A stretch of 63,400 bases of DNA, the filler included, from Choristocarpus tenellus KU-1152 (taxonomy: Eukaryota; Protista; Phaeophyceae), in assembly GCA_964200185.2 (NCBI GenBank). It is 10 parts of 10 records of this genome, joined end to end, with 100 filler letters (N's around TTAATTAATTAA, not from the genome) between each part and the next. Parts side by side here need not be neighbours in the genome. Positions count along the whole stretch, not along the records: positions 13,435 to 27,874 come from CAXNAD020001189.1; positions 27,975 to 31,012 come from CAXNAD020022766.1; positions 31,113 to 35,900 come from CAXNAD020013054.1; positions 36,001 to 42,235 come from CAXNAD020008609.1; 6 more parts are not named here. One strand, given 5' to 3'. Positions 27,446 through 40,693 of the stretch are shown here, one piece after another (the first letter of the stretch is position 1; each line of letters begins with the position of its first letter). The notes under the pieces were generated by a model. The model did no database searches. It was not told the origin of the DNA and saw only the letters and a program-made list of their open reading frames with translations. The position numbers and the translations under genes are program-made.

Positions 27446-27974
27446 CTGGAGATGATGAATGCCACACACACAGAGGTGCTCATGAGCTCAGTCACTAGGG
27501 GAGGGAGGTATTACACCTCTTCCAGGGGAAAATCACTACCGAACCTTCACACTTGCAACCTGCAACAGCTACATGGCTTTACATTAATTATTACAGTAGA
27601 ATTCTATTCAATACCAACAAACTTAACGATTTGCATAAGCCCTGCCAATCTTTCTACATTTCCGAATTTCCAAAGTCTTGTAAGCATCAAGTCATCAATG
27701 GGAGTGGGGTGGATGTTCTCTCTCGTGTCCCTTATTTATGTAGGGCCCACTGCAACAAACCCTGAATAGAGGGGCATTGAAACACCTACCAAGAGAGACA
27801 AAACACGCTCTCTCCCCCCCCCCCCCACCCCCTCCACACCATTCTCCCTCCTAGCACAAGATCAAATCATTCACNNNNNNNNNNNNNNNNNNNNNNNNNN
27901 NNNNNNNNNNNNNNNNNNTTAATTAATTAANNNNNNNNNNNNNNNNNNNNNNNNNNNNNNNNNNNNNNNNNNNN

Positions 27975-30900
27975 GTGTTTGGGGTAGCTGCTATGGTACT
28001 GGTCTGTGCTTCAGAAAGGGTATGAATTTGATCCACTGGTGCTATATGACCTACAACAAATTTGATGAGGTATCTCAACACCATGGTTGGAAGGGTTGGC
28101 AATTTTGACTAGGCAAGATCCATCCTCTTCACAAACAGTTAAAGACCGACTGACCATGATATCTTTCCATGGAGAGTGGTGCTGTTCCTGGTTGATGAAG
28201 TCCATGCTCGTCCTGACCATGGGCTCCACTACAGCATCTTTGCCTGAGTCAGGTAAGGCTATGATATCGTTCCTTGGAGAGTGGTGCTGTTCCTGATTGA
28301 TGAAGTTCATGCTCGTCTTGATAATGGGCTCTACTACAGTATCTTTGCCTGAGCCAGGTATGGCCTGAGAACACAATGAAACAACAGTTTCGGTTCCCGG
28401 GGGTAAATATGTTTTATGTCTCACATGTACAGGTATGGTGAACTCAGTTGAAACTGTAGCCACTGTCATGTTTGTTGCAAAGGTTTGAGCAATATTTTGA
28501 CTGGTGGTTGGTGGATTAACAATGGGCATAGGAGAAATTTTATGAGTAGCTGGGATGCGAACTGTGCTCCCAGAAAATGTTAGTTCTTCTCTATCCCAAT
28601 CCAACTTCGCTCCAAAAGCAGCCATGATACTGTTATCCAAAAGCATTTTATCAACTCCTAGGGATGGTAGAACAACTGCTTGAACAGGTAGTGTTTTATT
28701 TCCCAAGGTTAATTGAAACTGAATAAAGCCATGTACTTGCAAAGGTCTTCCCCCAGCTCCTCTTAAATGTAAGGCACCATCTGGTATAGAGTTGATGTGA
28801 GCAGAACAAAGGGTGGGGTGAGCTTGCGTGTAACGATAGCTAATGGCCAGAATGTCAGTTGCAGTATCAACTGTGATGTGTGAAACTGAATAATAATCAA
28901 TTTTGCTAGGGATTGATACTTGACGAGATGAAACCTGTAAAGTACAAGGGTGTTGAGAGTAATGTTGAATTGCAGATGTATGCCAACACACTGACTTGGT
29001 GCAACACACACGTGATGCAACAAAGTCTTCACCAACTGTTCCATTAAATTTGGAAGAATGCTTCACTGCTGAGGATGCTATTGCATTAACAAAATGAGTC
29101 TAGGGCAGTGTATTGTACTCTTGCCATTTTGAGTGATTAGCCTTTGTAGGTTTTTTCACTGCAGGGTTGGAGCCCAAAGAATGGTTAGAATGATTTGATT
29201 GAGACAGTGTTTATTCAAATTCATCAAGTGGCCGGTTTGGTGAACAACTTGGTTGGTTGTCCACTTCTGGGTTGGATCCCAAAGAATTGTTAGAATTTGG
29301 TTTAGGCAGGTGTTGCCCCTGCATTGCTTAATTTAGCCTATCTGAGTGACAAGTTGCCACAACATTGCTCACTATTGGTAAGGAAACCAATGGATTAACA
29401 CCTTCTAATTGATAAGCCCTATCAATAAACTCTGACTCTGACCCAACACAAGAAGAGGGAACTACTTCTACTGGGCACCCCTATACACGCTTGTTGATTT
29501 TCCCATCTCCCTTTGAAGTACTCTGACTAGTTTGATCTTGGGGAGTAGACTCCTCCATCGAACCTTGTTTTGACAACGAAGCAGAAAGGGCTGCAACAAA
29601 TTGTTGCATCATTTCGTTGAGGGCTTTGGGGTTAGGGTTATCAAATGTGCGAGGACGATAATCAGGTTTGAAATTGTCGCCATTTGGGTTGAAAAAACAA
29701 CGCTCTGTACTGTGGCCTCTTCTAGATTTAGCACATCCCGGAAATTCACAAAAATGATGTTTAGACTCAGCGCGTACGCGTTTTTTGTCTGGTTTTTCCT
29801 CTGGGGGTGCTTGGTCTCGAGCAGGAGTAGTGTTGTTGCGCTTCTTCGTCCGCCACATCTTTAATTCTGCTTGCTGTTCTTTAGCCAACTTGTGTAGTGG
29901 CTCCAAGTCAGAAAAACGTAGTTCAGTGACAGGTAAATCAAGTAGATTTTCCGCTCATAAAAGCTGACACTGTGACGTTACCATTAACAGGAATGAGTCG
30001 GACGAAATTATCTTCCGTCTGAACTACTCTGCGACCAAACGCTCGTGCTCGTTCCCACTCTGACATGTTAAGGTGAATCGTCGTGCGAAAGTAGTCGTCC
30101 AAAGGAAACTGTGACGCAAATTGGCGGGTAAACTCCTCTACCAACTGGTTCTAGGATGCAAAACGGGTGGTGGCAAAGAAACTTTGGTGTGGCGCAGTGA
30201 CAACAAATTCCCCGATGGATGCATGTGTACGAAGTTCTGTAAGCACAAATCGTCTAGGGTTTGTCCATAGATGTTGTTTTCACGCGCTGGCACCGTTTCT
30301 TTTTTACCATGGCCAACGAACAAATCCGAGAGCGATATTCGAAAAAAACCGAGATTGAGTCAGGGACTGCAACACACTGTCTACCATCTTTATCCGACTC
30401 AACAATTTTATTGACGTTACATCTTTAGCCGATAGAGTGTTGAGTATGTAAGGACGGTTTGTTATTTTGGGTGTGCCCGGACATATTTGGTTTTTGTTCG
30501 GCTTCAGCGCTGCTGATGCTTGAAGCACTGACACCACCAAAGTATGATCCTGAATCTTCCCCACCCTGAAGTCCATCAGAATTCTCTCCAAATAATCATC
30601 GCACAGGTTGGTTAGGGGAGGTTGGTCTTCTGCTTCACCGCTGTCCTCCAATACTGCAAAGCGATTGGTAGATGGGCTGACCGTACTGCAGGGGGGGCGG
30701 TCTCTGGGTTGTTCCCCCGTCATCCCGTCTTGCTCAAGCGAGCCTCCTAGGACGACATCAGCCCAATTGGTAGATGGAATATCGGTATTGGTCCCAGGTG
30801 TCTTGCTTGGACCAGGTACTGTCTCAGGTGGGTCAGTGGATTTGGTTTTACCCTTGTCTGGTTTATCGCGTTTCTTCTTGTCCTTGGTTACTTCTCGATA

Positions 30901-31012
30901 TGGTTGATCCATCCCCATTTGACTGTCGGCGTAAGTATCGCTGTGTTAGGTAGGGTCCAATCAGTCGCGGGGGGTGTTCAGAATCACCAGTTGTGTCATG
31001 GTGGGGTGCTAC
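27975..31012 (-). mobile_element. Ty3/Gypsy-like LTR retrotransposon 5' part: LTR end and PBS-like site, broken gag, aspartic protease
   Basis: ...TGACA caac TGGTGATTC at about 30985-31000; gag pieces 30918-29481 with zinc knuckle CEFPGCAKSRRGHSTERC; retropepsin VDTAT..LRGAGGRPLQVHG..LLDNSIMAAFGAKLDW in ORF 28011-29066. Confidence 0.8.
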
Positions 31013-32150
31013 NNNNNNNNNNNNNNNNNNNNNNNNNNNNNNNNNNNNNNNNNNNNTTAATTAATTAANNNNNNNNNNNNNNNNNNNNNNNNNNNNNNNN
31101 NNNNNNNNNNNNCCATCCTCAATGAAAAGCTCCATCCTCAATTTTTGAAATCTGCTGTTCAATGTACTGTGGTGTTCCGAAGGAAATTGATGATGTTGTG
31201 ATGATAACCTAATGACGTGAGTGGAGATAACAACCAGTATAATGTACAGATCAACTTTCAGTATGAACTGAGGATACTGTATTGTATCAAGACAAATCAA
31301 ATGAGTAGCCGATGTCTTACTAATACGTAGGCAAGATGTTGGACAGTCAGCATCTGGTAAGAGTAATTGTTGACGTACTATACATGTAAATGTATTGCAA
31401 GGTGTGGCAAACCCCCTGTTGTTTTTCGTTCTACTCCGATCTGTTTAGGCCAATTGGGTGTAAAAGACGCCTCCACCTCACACACTGAACACAATTTCGT
31501 ATAGGTGAGAGGAAACCTTGATGCATCATTAATCCTTTTATCTAGAAGGGTGATCTCACATAATTATCAATCGTGTACAAATCTTAGGTTCCTACACCTT
31601 CAAAAATATGTAGATATATAGTCCATATATGGAGTATTTCTTAGGGGCGACAATGATCAAGAGGGGTGCTGTTGATGTTAGATACAAATATCCACCCCTT
31701 CCCATCTTGTGGGATCTGAGTCAAAGCAATCGAGAAGTAGGCAAGGTTGCATTTGAAGGATTCCTAAAAAGAGCAATATTTAGCCACATTATACAGTTGC
31801 ACAAGAATCATTTGCTGAGTTGTTGTGTCCCTTTGTGTGTGGATAGGGGGAATATCAACCTTGTGTACACTATTTACACATTAAGCAATGAATAAGAGTG
31901 CATCGTTCATGGCAAGAAAGATGACCTACAATCCAAAAGGGTCCAAACCTGCCTACCTCTTAATCAGTTGGACTCATCTACGGACATGGTTTGTCTAGCT
32001 CTTATACACTAAAAATGCTGAAGGTAATGTGGAATGATAACCAATGAGAATACCAAGCATGTACCTTTTACCTTTATTCGAAATTTATACATATTCAAAA
32101 CGACTCTTACAACAAACTCCATTGTCATTGTGTCACACTTTTGTGCAACA

Positions 32151-32222
32151 AGCACCAAACAGCACCAAACAGCACCAAACAGCACCAAACAGCACCAAAC
32201 AGCACCAAACAGCACCAAACAC
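32151..32222 (+). repeat. 10-bp minisatellite (AGCACCAAAC) x7 in an intron
   Basis: Perfect tandem copies. Confidence 0.95.
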
Positions 32223-32234
32223 AATATTGCTTAC

Positions 32235-33341
32235 CTGCAGTTGAATTTCCAGGCTATCCGAGCTGTTGACAAATTTATCGTACATTCCTTCACCACAAAA
32301 GAGGGAGTTTCCAGTGAATGTGCTCAGTTCAACCTTCTTCAAAGATGCGACATCATAGATAGCAGGGCCAGAAAAGGCTGTGTTATTCTCAAACACACAC
32401 TGTTCTAATATTTCGACAATCCCAGCTTGTAGAATTGCCCCACCATTTCCACCTGCAGATTCATGCATGATGCAATACAAACAAGATAACTTAGGGTTGA
32501 TCGGTGTTGAGGGATTGGGTGCAACAACTGGATATTCTGTATGACTCACAAGAAACAATGCATCATAACAAGAACATCTTATGGTAGTGCAAATGGCCCG
32601 TACTGACAGGCAGTTACTATTTGTCGCATGTCTTTACCAGACCATTATTGGTGTTGCAGATTTTCAACGTTTTATGCTTAGGTTAGACCTTCCACTGTTT
32701 AGTTTTATAATTGCCCCCCAAAAATAACATTTTTAGTCACACAACCTAAACGTAAAGGGGGAGTGTCCATATTCAAATACAACAGTACCTAGTTATTCTG
32801 TCTCAATACAAATTTTCTCTGACACAAGGCAACACAGGCGGAGAGCCTCAATCACCTGCCGTGTTTCCCGAGAATATGCACCCGTTGATGATGCCAAAAC
32901 CACTCATCGTAAGCAGACCTCCACCATCTAAGAGAGCAGTGTTGTCAATGAAATTGCAATCTGAATAGATTCCTGACTTTATATTACTAGACGTAAATTC
33001 ATCACTGAAAGCTCCAACAGAATATGTCACCAACCCCCCTCCTGTTTCTGCAATGTTGGAGATGAAGCTTGTGTTTGCAATATTGAAAATGTCTGAATCT
33101 GAGCAAGACATTCCTCCACCAGTCACCGCTGTGTTTCTAATGAACGTAGTTGCTGACATGACAAGATTTGAAGAGGACATCGCGACAGTGCCACCAGCGC
33201 TATTCGCTCTGTTACCAGAAAATATTGTGTTGCCGCTTACCATCAGTTCCGAATCCAATACAAAAATAGCACCGCCACTTGTATCTGCTTTGAACATAGG
33301 GGTATGAGAATTTGTTCAGCTCAACCACAGAATCGGCATCC
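32235..33341 (-). pseudogene. Polymorphic-membrane-protein/adhesin-like beta-helix (GGAI/FxxN repeat) gene, probably disrupted; exons ~33341-32856 and 32452-32235
   Basis: GGAIF..FSGNRANSAGG..FIRNTAVTGGG..FISNIAETGGG..FIDNTALLDGG..FSGNTAG|GNGGAI..FENNTAFSGPAI; in-frame TGA at 33318-33316 where Trp is expected; flanking exons look decayed. Confidence 0.7.
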
Positions 33342-34682
33342 CTAGACTGAGAGAAAGACCTTATGGAATATTGTATTAACTGCAGAATGACAAGAAGGTA
33401 GAACAGGCAAACTAGACCATGTACAAGATCTTTTGGTACTAGCAGGTTATCATATGTAATAATCTCCCCAAAGAATAATTATCCGTGAGGACAAACTTCA
33501 ACAAGTGGTATCAACATAAGGTATCCGTAAAAGGTACTAACAACATATAGTTGGTGAAACTTCAGCAGACAAATGACACCTTTACAGAGTCTTGATCGAC
33601 TTGGATGAACCTATGCTCCTCTTTCAAGAGCATTCTGCATTAGATCTTCAATTTATATCAAGTGAGAACGTCACACAACTTACACAGCTAAAGTGAAATG
33701 CACAAAAATAATTCGAAAGAATAGGAAAGGTGTGAAATTGAAAAACTTCAGCATAGTTTAGAAGAGTTGTTGGTAAAGATCATTTGCGAAATAGAAAAAG
33801 ATAACGAGAAAGGTTTTTTTACGTTCAGCCGTCTTAAATTTAATCATATGGTCCCCAAACATGTTCATCCCATCCCAACTAGAAACTGTTTCGTTCATGA
33901 CTATGTTGAGCTATTTCACACCTTTGAATAAGGTTCTTGATGCTAAGAATAATCTCGTTTCAAATTGTAGACGGAAGTGTGCATCACAATGCCCACTTAT
34001 ACTATCAGTTCTGGCCCTAATTATCAGGGAAAAGGAACATTAAATGTGTTCCATCCCAGCATCGTGACCTGCATGATACCAACACTCGGTCATGCATGTA
34101 GTGCACCTCAAATGCCTGCCAGATATATTGAAAGTCATACTGCTTATCATGATGCAAAGTCCTGGGCAACCTCCCCACTTCTTCCTCCTATGGAATAAAG
34201 AGGAAACAAACCGAATTACCCACTGCATCGAGTTGAAGTTTGACGAGGAATATACTACATTGTGAACATGGTGCAAACCAAGGGCAACAAACTGACAAAC
34301 GGTAGTCCCATTCTATGCAGAGCTTTTTGAGTTATTCATCTTGTGATCGAAATAATGCTTTCATAGTGCTAAATCTGTAAAACATATATACATGATAATG
34401 CAAAACAATGATCTGGAGCAAAATCAAATTCGGTCAAAAGACCGTATGCACTTCACAAAAACGGAAGTATACAATATTTACAGGTAACCCGGAAACCTTG
34501 CACAAGCAAGCAATATTGGGATATATTTAACTTCATAAGCGAATCTTTCCTCGTTTTATTGAGGTAGGAATTAGATCACCATAAGCTTAGAAAACCTTTG
34601 TATTCCATTTTTTTTCATATTACATAAGTGAAATTAAATTTAAAATGTTGTCTTGCAGTACTCTTCTAGTTATTATCACCTT

Positions 34683-35900
34683 TGTCAGGGACAGGTTCCT
34701 TTTTTGGGATCTCCGACACACACGTTATGTACAAGATGCGCGGTCATATACAATTGCGCGCGCTACCCACGTCATTTGAGCTCATCCATACCGACCAGTC
34801 CAATGAATCAATCACACCCATAAGATCCGGATTTGACCAAACAGCCAAAATGGGCTATCGGAACGAAGAACCATTCCGATTCTGATAAATCAATTTCTTT
34901 GCTGTGACGTTGCTCAGTCATTCTGGAACATCTGTTGTATTCTGAGGGTGTTGTTCTGTTCTGGATTTACTGATCTGTTCTGAGATTTCAGCCAAGACCT
35001 TTGAAACTCAGTTCCACCCTCTGAGGTGAAGAGGTTTCAGTCCGGTGATTGTGATTGCCCCCTTGAGCAGAGAACTTGGCACCTTTGACACTTCTACACT
35101 TGTACCCACGCCTAGTGTTCAAGGGGAGCTAACTCACGCCACGTTATTATGTCGGACACTACTACCCCCAAACCTGCTGCAACATCACATACCAGCAGCA
35201 ATACCAAAGAGAAGTCCACAACTCGCAAGGGGAAGAAGAAGACGACCGATGCAACGCCAACAACCGAAGGAGGTAATGAGGGGGGTAGAATAAACACCCA
35301 ACCTCAACCGAGTCCCACGTCTATTTCTGTAGACAGAGGCATCCCTGGTGACTCGCTAGAGCAGGAAGGGATGGTGGCGCAGAGGCTGAGGGAAGGCCCT
35401 GCCCGTAATCCGGGGCTGAACCGGTACAGCGTGCTGGGTGAAGACCAAGAGGGAGTCGAAGACAGTGCGGTGGCGACGTTCAATATCCAAGCGTACATGA
35501 ACCGCCAGCTTGTCTACGCCAAGAAGATCGTTGATGAAGCTACGGAGGGGACCCCACACGACCAAGGTTTGGTGGCTGCAGCAATGCAGACATTAAACAT
35601 GAAGATTAGTAATGCGTGTGCAGATTCAAGCAACCCGCCTGCTTCTGACTACCCCCACGGCAACCCCTCAGTTGCGAAATATCCCTCACATAAGGACTTT
35701 ACCCCCCATACGTTTCTGGGACGTTCAAGAGCAAGGTTGTCCCCCCGTAGCCAATTTCGGGAAGTTACTCATGATTTTCAAAAATCGAGTAGGCACTATT
35801 GCTAAGGTGAATAGATCGTCCCAATGGATCAAAAAGCTGCAGGGAAAATATCACTTCTTCTTCTCAGTCAGTCAACCATCCATAATGACAATGAAACGCC
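34683..35900 (+). mobile_element. Putative LTR (TGTCA...TGACA, 34683-35090) followed by a gag-like ORF (35149-35805) of a Gypsy-like element
   Basis: Inverted TGTCA/TGACA termini; the ORF shares GxSLEQxGM...NR(Y/F)xVLxED with the gag at 30304-30918. Confidence 0.55.
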
Positions 35901-37175
35901 NNNNNNNNNNNNNNNNNNNNNNNNNNNNNNNNNNNNNNNNNNNNTTAATTAATTAANNNNNNNNNNNNNNNNNNNNNNNNNNNNNNNNNNNNNNNNNNNN
36001 CTTCTTTTTTGTTTTTTTCAACACTTTTTTTTTTTTTTTGGGGTGAGCCCCCCCCCCCCCCCCCCCCCCGACAACTAATCAAAATCACTGCACGTCAACC
36101 AGAGCACCGAGAGCACAGTTGAATGCAGTACACAATTCATGAATACCTTCCACCGTGACCTACTATCCCCCGCCCAGAACCCGATCTTAGAGTGAGTGAG
36201 CGACCACACAGCTCCGTGCACTCGAGATTTCTTTTTTTGCACCGGCAGATTTGAGACAATCTGGGGGATTTATTTTATTTGAAAAAAAAGGAGAGTTTTC
36301 AGATGTACGCCCTTGTAAAAAGAAAGAAAAAACTATTTTTTGTGAAACAAGCAAAAAAAAAAGGATTGAAAGAGAAAGAATAAAAAAAAAATGACCGAGC
36401 AGTCAGTCAACAACAACACACAGAACATGTCACACAAAAAAAACAAAGGAAGAGAAAAAACACACGAAGACTATGTCGGGTCTAGTTGGGTGCAAACACA
36501 TTCTAGGGCACGCGGGTGTTCCTAAGCCCCACCCAACAGGGCGGCAAACCTCAAGGAACCAATCTTGGCACATGACACAAGGTGTGTTGATTTAGTACGC
36601 TGTCGCTACATACTATGCATGGATAATCCCGGTACGTATTCATATTGGGTTTGGGCACTTGACTACAGTTTCTCAAGGAATGTATGTGCTTGGAAGGCAT
36701 CGGCTGGTACCAACCCCCCATCCACAACACCTTACTGGTCTCATTGGTTAATCAGCACTACAAGCTGCGATGACGGGAGCTCCCTCTTGAGTTCAGTACC
36801 GAGAGAAGACTGTTCATGGCTGATGCAATCGTTCAAAGGTCAAAGAGACCCCTGCACTTCACCAGGAACTTGTTTTATTAACCTGCCATTACCTCATCTC
36901 TAGTCACATTATTGTGTTACAGTACTTAGAAAAAATTGCATGTAGACACCGATATGTGGGGATCAAGGGAAGCACTCCTTCAGCGCCACAATGAGGATAT
37001 GGTTGACATATTGTGGCTATTCAAAGGTCAAACAGGGCCTACCTTTCACAAGGAATCTGATCCCACCCCTCCCGATACAACATACACACAACCTGAATCA
37101 TCCTGTGGGAAAATACCTCAGACCATGATCATGGTTGGCCTCATTCCACCATTAAACATCTACATAGTGCAATAC

Positions 37176-38896
37176 CTTGGGGTGAAGGAGGTATTTGTAC
37201 TGGGGGAGTCCCTTGACCGCTGCAAATGCTTGGCTCTTCTTGAGGTTGTTTGCACTAAGATCTGTGCCTTCTGGGAAAATGAGCAAAGCAGTAGGAACCT
37301 TGTGGTGATTCAGGTACCGGGCCACCCTCCTGATATGCACAACATCTCTCCGCCTATCCCTCGCCAGGAAGATAAACAGGAACATCTACCAGAAGGAGGG
37401 TGTGGGGAGGGCGGGGGTGGACTAGGTATTGCAGCTGTGTCTCACTACTGACAGAAGGGAGGATGCATGTATGTAATGCAGACAATACTCCACATGAAGT
37501 GCAATGGTGAATGTTTCCGCAGACAGGAAGGTATCAAGCCCACAGCACTATGATAGCCCATGGATGTTCCTTGAATGTGCAGCATGTGAACAGGGGCACA
37601 GGGGGGAGAGGAGTGCATAGGCATCAAAAATACACACCGAATTTTGAGTGCTAAGGAGGATTTTGCCGCAGTGGGGTGGGTATGTTGCACCAACATGTGT
37701 GTATGTTACACTACGAATTGAAAATGAACTTGGAGGGAGATAAAACAAGTGCCCTCATCATTCCCTTGTCTTCCCTTCCCTTACCAAAGGGCTATCTTTC
37801 ATGTTTCCACCTTGCTGTGCTGTGTCTACACCTCAAGCCTTTCATCTCTTCCTGGATACGAGGGTTTGCAACAGTCTGACTCGTGGCGTTGATTTTATCT
37901 CTTGATGAGAGTACTCCCACCCGAGCAGCCTTGGAAACATTTAATGCACATTTCTACCTGTAGCGCACCTGCATGGCCCAGCCAAAGCCTGGCACTGACT
38001 TCAGGTCATCTTTGAGGACTATTTTCAACCCCGATAATTGTCCATGCCTCAAGCACATACACCACATAAACATCCAGTCTATACGACAACGGTGGTTACA
38101 GACCAGAACGGCACTTTCCCCGCATGGCACGACATCCCCAGATAGCTTGACCTGCATAAAGAAGGCGGCAAAGGGTGTGTGGATAATCATTATGTACGAC
38201 TCGCATCACGCACATGTCCATCTGGAGAGCGCAGAAAGGGGGTTGGAAGGCATACAATTAGCATAGGTTTCGTGCCTTTCATGATAAGGACAAGTAGCAA
38301 TGAGAAATGGCAAAGTACGGTGGTGATCTCTCTGTTGGAAGTTTAATCCTAGTCTGTCGATCATTACAACACAAAATTATCGGTTGGGAGAAATACTACC
38401 GTGTCTCAGAACTCGAATTGACACTTGAGTAATGGGGTCACCTTAATGCCACAAAGATTTTCTAGCAGGTATGAGGCGAGAGCGAACCAAAGATATGCCA
38501 CGAATCCCGTCCATCTCCGGTAGATGTGCCGAGCGCCCTTTGCAAAGGGTGGAGTGGAGTGAAGGGAGACAGGGACAAGAAAGAAATGGAGTCATGGGCT
38601 TATTTGTTGACTCCTCCACAGAAATAGCTTTGCACCTTATGATCGCAAGAGGATCATGGGAGCGGGAACCTTTGAAGACCATTTCCGCATCATCCCAAAG
38701 TGACAAGGACTTACACAAGTTGATCAAGCTTGAGGTTGGGTTTTCAAAAAATGAACTGGAGCGACCCCCTAACCTTATAAAACGGAGGGGGGAAGAAAAG
38801 GAGAGGGATAGTAGGTGCTAGAAGGAAGGTGGTGTATACCACACATGACACGAAGAGCGCCAGAACAAGTACTACCCCTTGCACTCTCCGTTCCAT
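37176..38896 (-). CDS. Lysocardiolipin/lysophospholipid acyltransferase, LCLAT1-like (3' incomplete); exons 38896-~38774, ~38538-38443, 38151-37969, 37385-37176
   Basis: NHRCRIDW (NHx4D), LKIVLKDDLKSVPGFGWAMQ, FIFLAR, LLIFPEGTDL, LLHPK motifs; N-terminal TM segment. Confidence 0.9.
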
Positions 38897-39050
38897 TTTG
38901 TAGTGAGCAACATTTATTGCTGTTGTTGACGGAAGGAACAACATGGGTTTTCGAAAACATTGGCATGTCTCTGCCTTTGAAGTTGTTTATTTCCATGTTT
39001 GTTTGTTTGGACACAACCGAGTTGAAGTCAACACTCTGTTCCTCTCCACA

Positions 39051-39605
39051 ATGAGGTCCTCTGCGTCGATTTTTCTTCTGGTATCACTTTCTATGCTGGT
39101 GGAGGGATTTGCGCCGCCTTCATTTGGATGCCAAGCGACGCTTGGCTTGATACAACATCGATGCTGGAAGAAGGCAAGTTTCATGTTGGGGTGTACTGTC
39201 TTTCTCGACCTCAGCATCCAACTGGTTGATGTACACATCCCTGTAGTGCGCACACCCTCATATTTGATGCGCTATGTACACCATTAGGAATTAGGCGAAA
39301 TAGAGAATGCCCAAGGCATGCTAGAGGAGGCGTTCGGGGCAGGGAAGGGCAAGCACGCAGGGAAGGAGAGGAGGCGACACACCAATAAGTACAAATCGGA
39401 CAGTAAAGCAAGTGACTTAGATCCCTGGGAGATGCAGCTCCGACAGTCCAAGGAAGCAGAAGCTAAGAAAAACAGGGAAGAAGAGATAGATATCGAGATG
39501 GTGAAGGAGCGAAAGGAAAGACGAAAACAAGAGCGTGGTGAGATCGTGTTCCCTTCTGAGGAAGAAATCGACCCGTACGACCCGTCAACCTTCGGTTTCA
39601 TTGAG
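39051..39605 (+). CDS. Plastid-targeted protein, RimM-like (first two exons 39051-39173 and 39288-39605; 3' incomplete)
   Basis: Signal peptide ending VEG-FAP (ASAFAP-type); exon 2 ends IDPYDPSTFGFIE|, recalled as preceding the RimM N-terminal domain in ochrophytes. The RimM domain itself is not visible. Confidence 0.55.
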
Positions 39606-40693
39606 GTGGGTCTATGCAGTCATGTCTACAGCGGTTGGAATTTGTGCCCTATGGATATATCCCCTTTTACCCTCGACTGTAATTGGTGGGATACCCCTCC
39701 TTCGATATCTAGAGCCTGAGTTGATCCGCATCATCCACCTTAACCACAAAATTTGGACTGTATGTTTTGAGTCCTTGCACCTAAAACCCAATATCAGGGG
39801 GATGTAATTTTTTGTGTATGAATATGAGTTTCGCTATTGCCACTTGAGAGTATTTTTGAGTGTATGTGTCATAGATATTTGTTGAACATTGAACATATTC
39901 GTGACAGTGGTTGAAAATAGGTTCACAATTTGTACTTACGAGGAAGGCTCGAGTTTCAAAAACATATCCACCTTGAAAATCAAGATATTGTGTACCGAAT
40001 GGTCCAATGGCAATTAGCTATGTAACCCCACCCACTAATAATACAATAATGTGTGACGTCCACATTTCTCTGAAGATCCCTACACCATGCATACGTCGTG
40101 ATGACAATGAATTGTAATCAAGGTGACCATTCCTCTCATGTGGCCTATTTTTGTAATGATTGCAAAAGAGAGACAAGGTTCGACTCTCTCATTCGATTTT
40201 TGGCACATCAAAGTAAATTGCTTCAAGAAAAAAAAAACTTTCTGAGAGCACCTTCTGCTGGCTTTTTTGCATGGACATAAACAATTACTATCATTCCTCT
40301 CTCCGGCATGGTTTCGAGCTTCCCTCCAATGGAAAAATCTCCCTTCTGAATTTCCCTTTGTCAAGGTAACAGAGTACAAGGTTTGATAGTAGACATGACA
40401 CCACTCATACACTTTCATGTCTTCTTGTGCGTTTCAAGAATTGAGGGTCTTGGGAAAAATATGTGCTATGTCCTGCTTCCGATTTGGATCAGACAACTGT
40501 GATAGTTGACATTAAGGTTTTGAGGACAATCACCTTATTCTGGGGCGTTAATCCACTGTCACTATTGTGAAATTCTTCGAAGAAATAACCTTTCGATAGT
40601 GGAGGTAGAGGAACAACACACATCAGACAAATCATGATTTAACTCCTTTGCGCTTAACAAATCAGTAGGACAATGTATGTATAAATATTTGTA

